Assembly (NCBI GenBank): GCA_963711835.1
Contig: CAVQFQ010000021.1
Location: 294,632-358,631 of the forward strand
Source: an uncultured delta proteobacterium
GTDB taxonomy: Bacteria > Desulfobacterota > RBG-13-43-22
Reading direction: 5' to 3'
Length of the DNA stretch: 64,000 nt
Part shown: positions 31,750 to 40,671 of the stretch, piece after piece
How positions within the stretch are numbered: the stretch's first letter is position 1
Layout: every line of letters starts with the position of its first letter
Position numbers and translations under genes: made by a program
Notes under the pieces: model-generated
What the model saw: only the letters and a program-made list of their open reading frames with translations
Databases searched by the model: none
What the model was told of the DNA's origin: nothing

Positions 31750-32280
31750 ATGAAATATTTTATTCCGATAGTCATCATGGTCGTAGCCGTTTTTCTCATG
31801 AATCCGGCGGCCCAGGCCTTGACCCTGGGCGAGACCCCTCCCAAGGTGGAGTTGAAGGAAAAATTGGGAGGGCGTCTGGATGGCAAACCCTGGAGCAGCG
31901 ACGAGTTGCAGGGAAAAGTCCATGTCCTTTTTTATGTCGATCCGGATGAAAAAGATACCAACAATCCCGCCAGCGAGGCCCTGAATAAAGAAAATTTCCC
32001 GACCGAAAAGTTTCAATCCTTCGGGATCATTAACTTAGCGGCTACCTGGATGCCTAATTTTCTCATCTCCTCCTCTCTGGAAGAGAAGCAGAAAAAATAT
32101 CCCAAAACCATTTATGTGCGAGATTATAAGAAGGTGCTGGTCAATGCCTGGAAGATCGCTGATGACAGCAGCAATGTCCTGGCCTTTGATAAAAAAGGGA
32201 ATCTGATCTTTCGCAAGGACGGCAAACTTAACCCGGAAGAGATCCAAAAACTGATCAAGGCCATTAAAGACAACCTGTAA
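31750..32280 (+). CDS. ytfJ: YtfJ-family exported protein
   Basis: Signal peptide; PWSSDELQGKVHVLFYVDPDEKD..IINLAATW. Confidence 0.75.
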   Translation: MKYFIPIVIMVVAVFLMNPAAQALTLGETPPKVELKEKLGGRLDGKPWSSDELQGKVHVLFYVDPDEKDTNNPASEALNKENFPTEKFQSFGIINLAATWMPNFLISSSLEEKQKKYPKTIYVRDYKKVLVNAWKIADDSSNVLAFDKKGNLIFRKDGKLNPEEIQKLIKAIKDNL

Positions 32281-32491
32281 GGCTTCCGCCTGGTCCCAGG
32301 GATTTGGGAAGAGAGTCCCGGAGTTTGAATTGGTGTCAAAGGCTTAAGAGGGAGACTGAAGGCTCTCCTCCCCATTCAGTATGGGAATTTATTTTTGTCC
32401 TTGGCTATCATTTGGTAGGGCGGGGATTGTTTTGATCGGGGGCATTTCTGCGGGGAAATGAAAGTGCTTTCCTCGAGGGCAACCGGTACCC

Positions 32492-32686
32492 TCAGTCTCT
32501 TAAAATAAGTCTATTTCCTTTCGTATAGGAAGGTCGCTTAGGAAAGGCCATACCGATAGCCAAGGCTATGGAATAGCCGCAAAGCAGAACCAGGGTAAAA
32601 TAAAAAGTACTTCCCTTTTGAGAGGCATAAACAGTAACAGGCAGAATAACGAGATATAAGCCCACTACATAGAACCACCTCATCAT
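32492..32686 (-). CDS. Small hypothetical membrane protein
   Basis: Two hydrophobic segments; GGAGAGG ribosome-binding site. Confidence 0.4.
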   Translation of the reverse strand: MMRWFYVVGLYLVILPVTVYASQKGSTFYFTLVLLCGYSIALAIGMAFPKRPSYTKGNRLILRD

Positions 32687-32768
32687 ATCCTCTCCCTCCT
32701 TGATCGAATGATTGAACTAACTTTTTCCGGCCAGCCTTGCTCCCCTCCACCTCTATCTCTATGGGAGT

Positions 32769-33023
32769 TTATGGCCTTGAAAGACCGGGAACATCCCAAT
32801 CAATATCCCCTGTCCTTACCGCGATGCCATAGGCCCGGCTGGCATGAATCAGGAAAACAGTATCGTTTTCCCTTTTGTTAAAGACCCAGTCGCGTTCCTT
32901 TAGCTGCCGATAAACCCCTTCCCGAATGCGTAACAATTTACCCGGAGTCAAGGCCTTTCTAAGAGCCTTTTCAGATCTTCGCCCCGCGGCTCCATAAGGG
33001 ATATTCACGGGTTGGTGAACCAT
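32769..33023 (-). CDS. Hypothetical protein
   Basis: 84-aa ORF with a strong AGGAGG ribosome-binding site. Confidence 0.5.
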   Translation of the reverse strand: MVHQPVNIPYGAAGRRSEKALRKALTPGKLLRIREGVYRQLKERDWVFNKRENDTVFLIHASRAYGIAVRTGDIDWDVPGLSRP

Positions 33024-33348
33024 CGGGCACCCCTCCTTTTCGCTTGGCTCAAAGGTGAGAATCGTAAGAACTGTTACGCAAATTTAATGCCATCAAGGAT
33101 TCGGACCCTGAACAGGTTGTTTTTGTTGGCTTATTGGATTTCAGGCTTACTTGGGGATCTGTTGAAAATGGAAGAAAATTTCCCTTTGTTCCTATTAAAA
33201 TTCCCTGTCATCCGTTATTTCTGAACAAAGGGAGTTTTCGACCCTGTTCACCGGACCGGAAGCGGTGTCAATCTCGATTTCCCACCTACCCTACCCAATA
33301 TCGAAAGATGTTTTTGATCGTGACGATCAGACCTCACTATTATAGAGT

Positions 33349-33400
33349 TGGCTCCCCGGGAGGGACTTGAATCCCGCTGCAAGCGGGATTAACAGCCACC
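33349..33400 (-). pseudogene. 3' partial tRNA-Asn copy with palindrome substitution
   Basis: GGTGGCTGTTAA-TCCCGCTTGCAGCGGGA-TTCAAGTCCCTCCCGGGGAGCCA. Confidence 0.9.
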
Positions 33401-33664
33401 TGGTTCAATAAGGATTCCTATATCTTTTAAGTATCGGCTAATCCCTCGTTTCTTGATGGTCCGTTCTAAAAGCATTGTCTCACTCCGCGTTTGACATTCT
33501 TTCTCCCAAATTAATCGCCACGGTCCTTTAAATCGCTTGGTGGTCTTCGTGTCATGGCAGGCAGGATCATTATGCTCTTTTATTCGAAGAAAGAGGTTAT
33601 TGGTCTGCCCGCAATAATACCGACCAGTCGTTTCGCTTCTAAGAATGTAAACACAAAAGGCCAA
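33389..33664 (-). CDS. Stand-alone GIY-YIG nuclease (91 aa)
   Basis: VYILRS..RYYCGQTNNL..RIKEHN..GPWRLI..LERTIK; catalytic Tyr/Arg/Glu pattern retained. Confidence 0.92.
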   Translation of the reverse strand: MAFCVYILRSETTGRYYCGQTNNLFLRIKEHNDPACHDTKTTKRFKGPWRLIWEKECQTRSETMLLERTIKKRGISRYLKDIGILIEPGGC

Positions 33665-33679
33665 AATTAAAACCCCAAT

Positions 33680-33713
33680 AAAAAAAGCCCATTCTCAAAA
33701 ATGGGCCTTTTTT
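33680..33713 (-). terminator. Rho-independent terminator after tRNA-Asn
   Basis: AGGCCCATT-TTTGAG-AATGGGCTT followed by a T tract; A/T tracts on both sides. Confidence 0.85.
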
Positions 33714-33719
33714 AAAATT

Positions 33720-33794
33720 TGGCTCCCCGGGAGGGACTCGAACCCCCGACCAAGTGGTTAACAGCCACCCGCTCTACCACTGAGCTACCGAGGA
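33720..33794 (-). tRNA. tRNA-Asn (GTT)
   Basis: TCCTCGGTAGCTCAGTGGTAGAGCGGGTGGCT-GTT-AACCACTTGGTCGGGGGTTCGAGTCCCTCCCGGGGAGCCA; 75-nt cloverleaf. Confidence 0.97.
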
Positions 33795-33841
33795 ATATCA
33801 AGCTGGTTACTTTTTATTATTTTACACTTAATTACTTGTTA

Positions 33842-33906
33842 AGGGACTCGAATCCCGCTGCAAGCGGGATTAACAGCCACCCGCTCTACCACTGAGCTAC
33901 CGAGGA
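33842..33906 (-). pseudogene. 5' partial tRNA-Asn copy with palindrome substitution
   Basis: TCCTCGGTAGCTCAGTGGTAGAGCGGGTGGCTGTTAA-TCCCGCTTGCAGCGGGA-TTCGAGTCCCT; lacks the 3' acceptor strand. Confidence 0.9.
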
Positions 33907-33989
33907 ATAACTTTCTTTAAAAGATGAAAGTTCAAAATGAGAAAGGCAAAATTAAGTTGTTCTGATATATAGCTCAACAACCTATTCCA

Positions 33990-34983
33990 AATCAAAGGTT
34001 GTTCCTCCTTGACTTCCTCTTTGGGTCCCTCTTTGCTTTCGGCTTCCGCCGTCATTCCTTCCAGTTTCAGCAGCCGTTCATATTCGGCATCCACCCGCTT
34101 TTGGATGGTCTGAATCAGGTCCGGGGTCAGGTGGCTGAAACGCCGCTGTTGTTTCAGGTATTCTTCCACCGGTTTGGGTTTGGTATTTTTCCGGACCAGA
34201 TATTTTCCCTCCATAACTTCGTACAATGGAAAAATATTGGTCTCCACCACCAGTCGGCTGACCTCAATGGCCAGATCCGTTCCATGCCGCCAGCCCGTCG
34301 GGCAGGGGGAATAAACATGGAGATAGGCCGGACCTTTAATCAGGGCCGCTTTCTTGGCCTTGTTCATCAGATCCAGGTAGTAGGCCGGGGAAGCGGTGGC
34401 CACATAAGGGATATTGTGGGCGGCTGCGATCAAAGGGAGATTTTTTTTCCAGGTGGTCTGCCCGGCGGTTATCTTCCCCGCTGGAGACGTGGTGGTCATA
34501 GCACCGAAAGGCGTCGAACTGGATCGCTGAATCCCGGTATTCATATAGGCTTCATTATCCAGACAGACATAAACAAAGTCATGGCCCCGTTCCAGTGCAC
34601 CGGAAAGAGACTGGAGGCCGATATCAGCGGTTCCGCCGTCTCCGGCAAAGGCCACCACCGTAATCTTTTTCTCGGGGATCCTTCCCTTGGCCATCAGGGT
34701 CTTGAGTCCTTCTTCCACCCCGGAGGCAACGGCAGCCGCATTTTCAAAGGCCACGTGAATCCAGGGTACCGCCCAGGCTGTTTGGGGATAGGGAGAGGAG
34801 ATGATTTCCATACAGCCGGTGGCACTGACGACTACCATCGGGGATCCAATGGCCTTGGCCACCATACGCAGGGCCAGCACTTCACCGCATCCCTGGCAGG
34901 CCCGATGTCCGAAAACCAAAGGGTTCTTCTTTGGGCAGGGTCTTGGGAGTAAATTTCTTAAAAACGTTTCAAGTCGTCAGCAA
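33990..34983 (-). CDS. porB: 2-oxoacid:ferredoxin oxidoreductase beta subunit; ends approximate because of indels
   Basis: GHRACQGCG, ATGCMEI, FENAAA, GDGGTADIG..DNEAYMNTG, SPCPTGW. Confidence 0.93.
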
Positions 34984-36167
34984 TCATTTTTCACGCACCC
35001 CAATCATTTCATAGCGCATTTCTTTTTTCTTCCGGGCATAGCGGTTGGCCTTCTCCACCATCTCGGTGAAAATTTCCAGGGTTAAATCCCGCCCTCCCAA
35101 ACCGGCTACAAACTCAGCCACATAAGGTCGATCGGTCTTTTCAAAGAGGGCGGACTTAATTTCCAGACCGACCGGTCCTCCCATGCCACCCGGGAGTCAA
35201 GGCCCGGTCGACCACGGCCAGCACCTTGGCGCCCGCGGATGGCTTGATAGAATTCCTTAAAGGGAAAGGGTCTCCAGAGCCGGATGTGGAGTAGACCCAC
35301 CCTTTCTGTCCCTTTTCTCTCGGGGCATCCACGGCCATCATGGCTGTTTCGGTAATACTGCCCATGGTCAGGAGCAAGGTCTCTGCCCCTTTGGTCCTAT
35401 AGGATTCAACGGGTTTATAGCTTCTGCCAAAGAGGATTCCCAAAATCCTTCCAGACTTCCGTTATGACTTTCTGGGAGCCGATCAAGGCCTCTTCCAGTT
35501 GCTTTTTGACTTCCGGGTAGACATCCGGGCTGCCGAAAGCCCCCAGAGAGACCGGGTGATCCGGATCCAGGCGAAGAGTCGGTTTAAATACCGGTAAAAA
35601 ACGGTCCACCTGTTCCTGATCCGGCATCTCCACCGGTTCAATCACATGGCTTAGAATAAAACCGTCCAGGTTTACCACCACCGGCAGCAAAACCCTGGAG
35701 TCTTCGGCGATCTTGAAGGCTTGGAGGGTCAGGTCCACGGCCTCCTGACCGTTGATGGCAAATAGCTGGACCCAGCCCGTATCCCGTTCGGCCATGATGT
35801 CGCTCAAATCGTTCCAGATATTGATGGGTGTTGACAGGGCACGGTTTACCACGGTCATAACCATAGGTAGACGGAGACCGGAAGCGATAAACATAATCTC
35901 ATGCATCAGGGCCAGACCCTGGGAACTGGTCGCCGTATAAGCCCTGGCCCCTACAGCCGCAGCCCCTACGGCGGCACTCAAGGCCGAGTGTTCCGATTCC
36001 ACCGGGATGAAGGCCGCCTTTAATTCTCCGTCGGCCACCAACTCCGAAAGGTGCTCCACAATATGGGTTTGGGGAGTGATGGGGTAGGCCGAGATCACAT
36101 CGACATTGGCCAATTTGACCGCTTCACTGACCGCAATGGAAACCTCCATGCCTCTTCGATGGGCCAT
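34984..36167 (-). CDS. porA: 2-oxoacid:ferredoxin oxidoreductase alpha subunit; several frameshifts
   Basis: AYPITPQTHIVE, VESEHSA, TATSSQGLALMHE, LWRPFP, AGLGGRD. Confidence 0.92.
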
Positions 36168-36169
36168 AG

Positions 36170-36466
36170 TTATTCTTCCTCCGCAATCATAATGATGGCG
36201 TCTTTGGGGCACTCCCGGGCACAGATACCGCACCCTTTACAATAATCGGGGTTCCAGTCGAAATAGCCATCCTCTCTATGGCCGTAAGCCATATCGGGAC
36301 AAAAAATCCAGCACATCCCGCACTTAATACATTTTTCTCGGTCGGTCACAGGTCGTATTTTAGAACGCCAGTCCCCGGTTTTGAAGGTCCTGGCATTTCC
36401 AGGCTCTAAAATAGCACAGCCCAGCGGTACTTCCTTCCAGGGGTGGAGAGCATCTACTTTCGCCAC
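36170..36466 (-). CDS. porD: 2-oxoacid:ferredoxin oxidoreductase delta subunit
   Basis: KTGDWRS, CIKCGMCWIFCPD, CKGCGICARECP. Confidence 0.95.
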   Translation of the reverse strand: MAKVDALHPWKEVPLGCAILEPGNARTFKTGDWRSKIRPVTDREKCIKCGMCWIFCPDMAYGHREDGYFDWNPDYCKGCGICARECPKDAIIMIAEEE

Positions 36467-36471
36467 GTTGA

Positions 36472-37020
36472 TTACTCCTTCAGTTCTGTCTCGTCAAAGG
36501 CCCGCTGCATGGACCTTTTGTTTCTTTCAGCAATTTTTCCAAAACGGCCGGCCAAAGGTTTGTCCATGGAATCCAGGCTGATAATTCCAGTGGCCCGAAT
36601 CAAGGCCCCCAACATGGTTGTATTGGTAATGGGCACCTTCATTTCTTCCATGGCGATTTTGGCCGCATCCACGACGGCCAGACGGCCTTTAAAGCCATAA
36701 TCTTTCCGGAGCTGCTCAAAGGATTTGGAGGTGTTGACGATAACTAACCCCTTGGGCTTCAGTCCGGCAGCGACATCGACAATATCCAGGAGGGTCGGGT
36801 CCAAAACGACCACGACATCGGGTTGATAGACCTTGGAGCGGATGCGGATCTGAGTCTCGCTGATCCGCAAAAAAGCCACCACCGGGGCCCCCCGTCGTTC
36901 AGGCCCGAAACTTGGGAAGGCTTGGGCATACTGCCCCTCATCGATTGCCGCCAGGGCCATCAGTTCGGCCGAGGTCACAGCCCCCTGTCCACCCCGACCA
37001 TGGAATCGGACTTCAATCAT
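36472..37020 (-). CDS. porC: 2-oxoacid:ferredoxin oxidoreductase gamma subunit
   Basis: EVRFHGRGGQGAVT, FGPERRGAPV, NTTMLGA. Confidence 0.95.
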   Translation of the reverse strand: MIEVRFHGRGGQGAVTSAELMALAAIDEGQYAQAFPSFGPERRGAPVVAFLRISETQIRIRSKVYQPDVVVVLDPTLLDIVDVAAGLKPKGLVIVNTSKSFEQLRKDYGFKGRLAVVDAAKIAMEEMKVPITNTTMLGALIRATGIISLDSMDKPLAGRFGKIAERNKRSMQRAFDETELKE

Positions 37021-37062
37021 GGTTAACTTTCCTTAACTAAGCTGTTTTATAAAAAAATTGGT

Positions 37063-37092
37063 TAAATAGCATACTTTTAAAAGTTTTGTCAA
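37063..37092 (-). promoter_or_regulatory. Putative sigma70 promoter of the por operon
   Basis: TTGACA-18 bp-TATTTA with a TGn extension; palindrome ACTTTTAAAAGT in the spacer. Confidence 0.5.
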
Positions 37093-37162
37093 GTGTTTTC
37101 AAGGGGGACTTTTAGCGGTCCGTTACCCTTGCCTCGCCGTCAGGGTGTCGGGTAGAGCGGTC

Positions 37163-37669
37163 CTAAGCCAGAAATTCCCGGCTATCGGCCACGATACTTT
37201 CGGTCGGCAGGGCAATCAGACCGGTCCGGGCGATTTCTTTGACTTTAAAAGGCCCCAAGGCCATCAGCAGGGTATTGATCCTTCTTTCGTTTCCGGAGAA
37301 CTCAATGGTAGCGGTCTGATCGGACATATCCACAATGGTCGCTCCAAAGGAATTGGCCACCTGGATAAATTCCACCCTTTTCTCAGCCGGCAGATACACG
37401 GTCATCAGAATCAATTCCCGGGTAATGGATTGGGAATATTTCAGGTCGATGACCCGAATGACATCAATCAGCTTCCGGAGCTGTTTGGTCACCTGTTCCA
37501 GGACCGCCTCATCCCCGGCCACCACCAGGGTAATCCGGGTAATATCGGACCGTTCCGTGACCCCGGCCACGATGCTTTCTATATTATAGGCCCTCCGGGC
37601 AAAGAGACCGGCCACATGGGAAAGGACCCCGGGGTGATTTCGCACTAAGACGGAAATAACCTGACGCAT
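37163..37669 (-). CDS. ilvN: Acetolactate synthase small subunit
   Basis: ISVLVRNHPGVLSHVAGLFARRAYNIES, KQLRKLIDV, EIARTG. Confidence 0.95.
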   Translation of the reverse strand: MRQVISVLVRNHPGVLSHVAGLFARRAYNIESIVAGVTERSDITRITLVVAGDEAVLEQVTKQLRKLIDVIRVIDLKYSQSITRELILMTVYLPAEKRVEFIQVANSFGATIVDMSDQTATIEFSGNERRINTLLMALGPFKVKEIARTGLIALPTESIVADSREFLA

Positions 37670-37671
37670 AA

Positions 37672-39345
37672 TCAGCACTCCTCAAAGAATTCGCAAATGC
37701 CTTTTCCGGCCGGCACCATGGGAAAAATATTTTCTTCCGGGGCAATATGAAAATCGATCAGATAAGGTTCCTGGTAAGACAAGGCCTCTTCTATGGCCGG
37801 CAGAACCTCTTCCGTAGAAAGGACCTTCTTCCCTTTGATGCCGTACCCTTCCGCCACCTTGACAAAATCGGGATTGAATTCAAGTCGGGTCTGGGAATAG
37901 CGTTTGCTGCAAAAGAATTCCTGCCATTGCCGGACCATCCCCAGAAAACCGTTGTTGAAGATGAAAATTTTTACCGGGAGGTTGTTGGCCCGGGCCGTAG
38001 CCAATTCCTGAATGTTCATCTGGAAACTGCCGTCCCCGGAAATGACCACCACGGTTTTGTCCGGGCAGCCCACCTGGGCGCCCAGGGCGGCCGGAAAGCC
38101 GAAGCCCATCGTCCCCAAGCCTCCGGAGGTAATAAAGCTTCGGGGTTTTTTGGCCTGGATATATTGGGCGGCCCACATCTGATGCTGGCCCACATCGGTA
38201 GCCACAATCAGGTCCCGGCCTTTGATGGCATTGACACATTCCAGAATATACTGAGGTTTGAGCCCCCCTTCTTTGGCATAACTCAAGGGATATTCTTTTT
38301 TCCACTGGGCGATCCGATCCAGCCACTTCTTTCGTTCCACGGTCTTGATCTTTCCTGTCAGTTGGCCGAGGACCGTTTTCAGATCACCCACAATGGGGAT
38401 ATCGACATTGACCCGCTTTCCGATTTCGGCCGGATCAATGTCCACATGGATAATTTTGGCCTGGGGGGCAAATTTCTTAACATCCCCGGCCACCCGGTCG
38501 TCAAAGCGGGCCCCTAAGGCCAGGACCAAGTCCGAGTAATAAATGGCATAATTGGCATAGCGGGTCCCATGCATCCCGAGCATACCGAGGGCCAGGGGGT
38601 CGTCCTCCGGGAAACTTCCTTTCCCCATCAGGGTGGTGGTGATCGGGATAACAGTGGTCCGGATAAATTGCTGCAGCTCTTCCGTGGCCCCTGAAGAAAT
38701 AACCCCTCCTCCCACATAGGCCACCGGTCTTTCAGCCTCCTTTATGGCCCGGAGGGCGGTCTCAATCTGCTTGGGATGGCCTTTGAAGGTCGGGTGATAG
38801 CTGGGGATGCGGACCTCTTTAACCGGTTTATATTTGGTCCGGACCTCCTGAATATCTTTGGGAATATCCACCAAAACCGGGCCGGGCCGGCCGGTCCGGG
38901 CGATATAGAAAGCTTCCTTCAAAACCCGGCCCAGATCATTCACATCCTTGACCAAGTAATTATATTTGGTAATAGGAATACTGATCCCGTAGATATCCGC
39001 TTCCTGAAAACTGTCATTGCCGATCAGGTGGGTGGCCACCTGCCCGGTGATGGCTATGAGGGGAACCGAGTCCATATAGGCATTCATAAGACCGGTCACT
39101 AGATTGGTCGCCCCGGGTCCGGAGGTGGCAATGCAGACCCCCACCTTCCCGGTGGCCCGGGCATAGCCGTCGGCGGCATGGGCGGCCCCCTGTTCATGAC
39201 GGGTCAGGATATGCCGCAGGGAACAATCATAGAGGGCATCATAGAGTGGGATGACGGATCCTCCCGGAAAACCGAAGAGGACATCCACCCCTTCTTCCTG
39301 CAAGACTTCAATAATGATCTCAGAACCCTTTTTCAAACCTGACAT
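37672..39345 (-). CDS. ilvB: Acetolactate synthase large subunit
   Basis: RHEQGAAHAADGYAR, TSGPGATN, DVGQHQMW, SGGLGTMG, GDGSFQM..NNGFLGMVRQWQ. Confidence 0.97.
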   Translation of the reverse strand: MSGLKKGSEIIIEVLQEEGVDVLFGFPGGSVIPLYDALYDCSLRHILTRHEQGAAHAADGYARATGKVGVCIATSGPGATNLVTGLMNAYMDSVPLIAITGQVATHLIGNDSFQEADIYGISIPITKYNYLVKDVNDLGRVLKEAFYIARTGRPGPVLVDIPKDIQEVRTKYKPVKEVRIPSYHPTFKGHPKQIETALRAIKEAERPVAYVGGGVISSGATEELQQFIRTTVIPITTTLMGKGSFPEDDPLALGMLGMHGTRYANYAIYYSDLVLALGARFDDRVAGDVKKFAPQAKIIHVDIDPAEIGKRVNVDIPIVGDLKTVLGQLTGKIKTVERKKWLDRIAQWKKEYPLSYAKEGGLKPQYILECVNAIKGRDLIVATDVGQHQMWAAQYIQAKKPRSFITSGGLGTMGFGFPAALGAQVGCPDKTVVVISGDGSFQMNIQELATARANNLPVKIFIFNNGFLGMVRQWQEFFCSKRYSQTRLEFNPDFVKVAEGYGIKGKKVLSTEEVLPAIEEALSYQEPYLIDFHIAPEENIFPMVPAGKGICEFFEEC

Positions 39346-39532
39346 AACGTTTTTTATCCTATTATAAAGTAAGCATTTTCTCTAAATCCAAAACTCGAAG
39401 CACGAAATCCGAAACAAGCACAAAGGTTCAAAATTTAAATGACCGAAACAAAACTTTTTGAATTTTGAGATTTGGTCATTTGAATTTGTTTCGAATTTCG
39501 AAATTCGAATTTCAAATTTAACGTCTTTTCCT

Positions 39533-40139
39533 TTAGGCTTCCCTCCTGACTTTCCAGGGCCATTCTGATGGTCCCCTGGTCCAAATATTTTAAGTCCCCC
39601 CCCAGGGGTACCCCATAAGCGATTCGGGTCAGACGAACCTCCGGTTTTTTGACCTTCACCTGTTCCACCAGGAAGGAAACCGTGGCCTCCCCTTCGCTGG
39701 AGGGGTTCATGGCCAGGATCACTTCCCTGATATTTTCTTTCTCCAACCGCAGCATGAGTTCCTTGATCCTCAAATCCTGAGGCCCGATGCCGTCGAGGGG
39801 AGACAGGGTCCCCTGCAGGACATGATACTTCCCCTTATACCCCCCGGCCTTTTCCAAAGCGATGAGATCCCCCGGCCCTTCCACGACACAAAGCGTTCCT
39901 GAATTTCGGGCCGGGTTTTGACAAACCTGACAGGGATCGGCTTCCGTTACATTAAAACAGACCGAGCAAAAACGGATTTTTTCCTTGAGCTCAATCAGGT
40001 TCCGGGCCAGTTCCATCACTTCCCCTTCCGGACGCCGGAGCAGGTGCAGGGCCAGCCGGGCCGCCGTCTTCTCGCCCACGCCCGGCAACCGGGAAAGGGA
40101 CACGATTAATTTGGCCAAAGGCCCAGGGTAAACGGCCAT
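39533..40139 (-). CDS. recR: Recombination protein RecR (true end probably ..ESRREA*, with one indel)
   Basis: LPGVGEKTAARLA, CSVC..CQVC zinc finger, LSPLDGIGP, EGEAT, RIAYGVPLGGDL. Confidence 0.95.
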
Positions 40140-40147
40140 AAGAGGCC

Positions 40148-40459
40148 TTAAAAAAGACCGGGGATTTTTAGGCCCCCCGTGACCTTGGCCATTTCACCGG
40201 AGACCATCTCCTGGGACTTTCGCAGGGCGTCATTGATGGCCGCCTGAATCAGATCCTGAAGCATCTCGACATCGTCCGGATTGACCACCTCCGGCTCTAT
40301 CTTGATCGAAAGGATTTCCTGGCGGCCGTTGGCCGTTACCGCCACCATACCTCCGCCGGAGGAAGCTTCCACGGTCTTGTTGGCCGCCTCTTCCTGGATT
40401 TGAGCCAATTGAGCCTGGATCTTTTTGGCTTGATTCATGATATTGCCTAAATTTTTCAT
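40148..40459 (-). CDS. ybaB: YbaB/EbfC nucleoid-associated protein
   Basis: [24 protein letters not shown]; adjacent to recR. Confidence 0.95.
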   Translation of the reverse strand: MKNLGNIMNQAKKIQAQLAQIQEEAANKTVEASSGGGMVAVTANGRQEILSIKIEPEVVNPDDVEMLQDLIQAAINDALRKSQEMVSGEMAKVTGGLKIPGLF

Positions 40460-40614
40460 AATTGTTTCCTTAAGGACTACAAAATGGTTTGAAATTTAAA
40501 GGAATTTTACCTTGTTATTCAAATGTTGTAAAGTGCTCTTTTTAATTCGCCCCTAAACACCATCGAACAACTGCCCTTTTCATTTAATTTCCAATTTAAT
40601 TTTTAGGATCACTC

Positions 40615-40660
40615 TTGACAAAATGTAACAACTGATACATTATTTAAGTAACAATTGTTT
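40615..40660 (+). promoter_or_regulatory. chr promoter with candidate ChrB operator
   Basis: TTGACA at 40615; imperfect palindrome ATGTAACAACTGATACAT (40623-40640); second copy GTAACAATTGTT (40648-40659). Confidence 0.55.
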
Positions 40661-40671
40661 TGGAGTGCCCA

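Noticed and set aside
33349-33906. CRISPR array or tRNA intron/split-tRNA interpretation
   Set aside because: The repeats are tRNA-derived with unequal spacers and no cas genes. The palindrome replaces essential stems rather than interrupting them, so splicing could not restore a tRNA.
33897-33990. PorB C-terminal extension reading into the tRNA remnant
   Set aside because: Low-complexity tail over AT-rich intergenic DNA; most likely a missed stop caused by an indel.
39435-39532. RecR C-terminal extension
   Set aside because: It translates a heptamer repeat tract; a one-base shift gives the normal ..SRREA* end.
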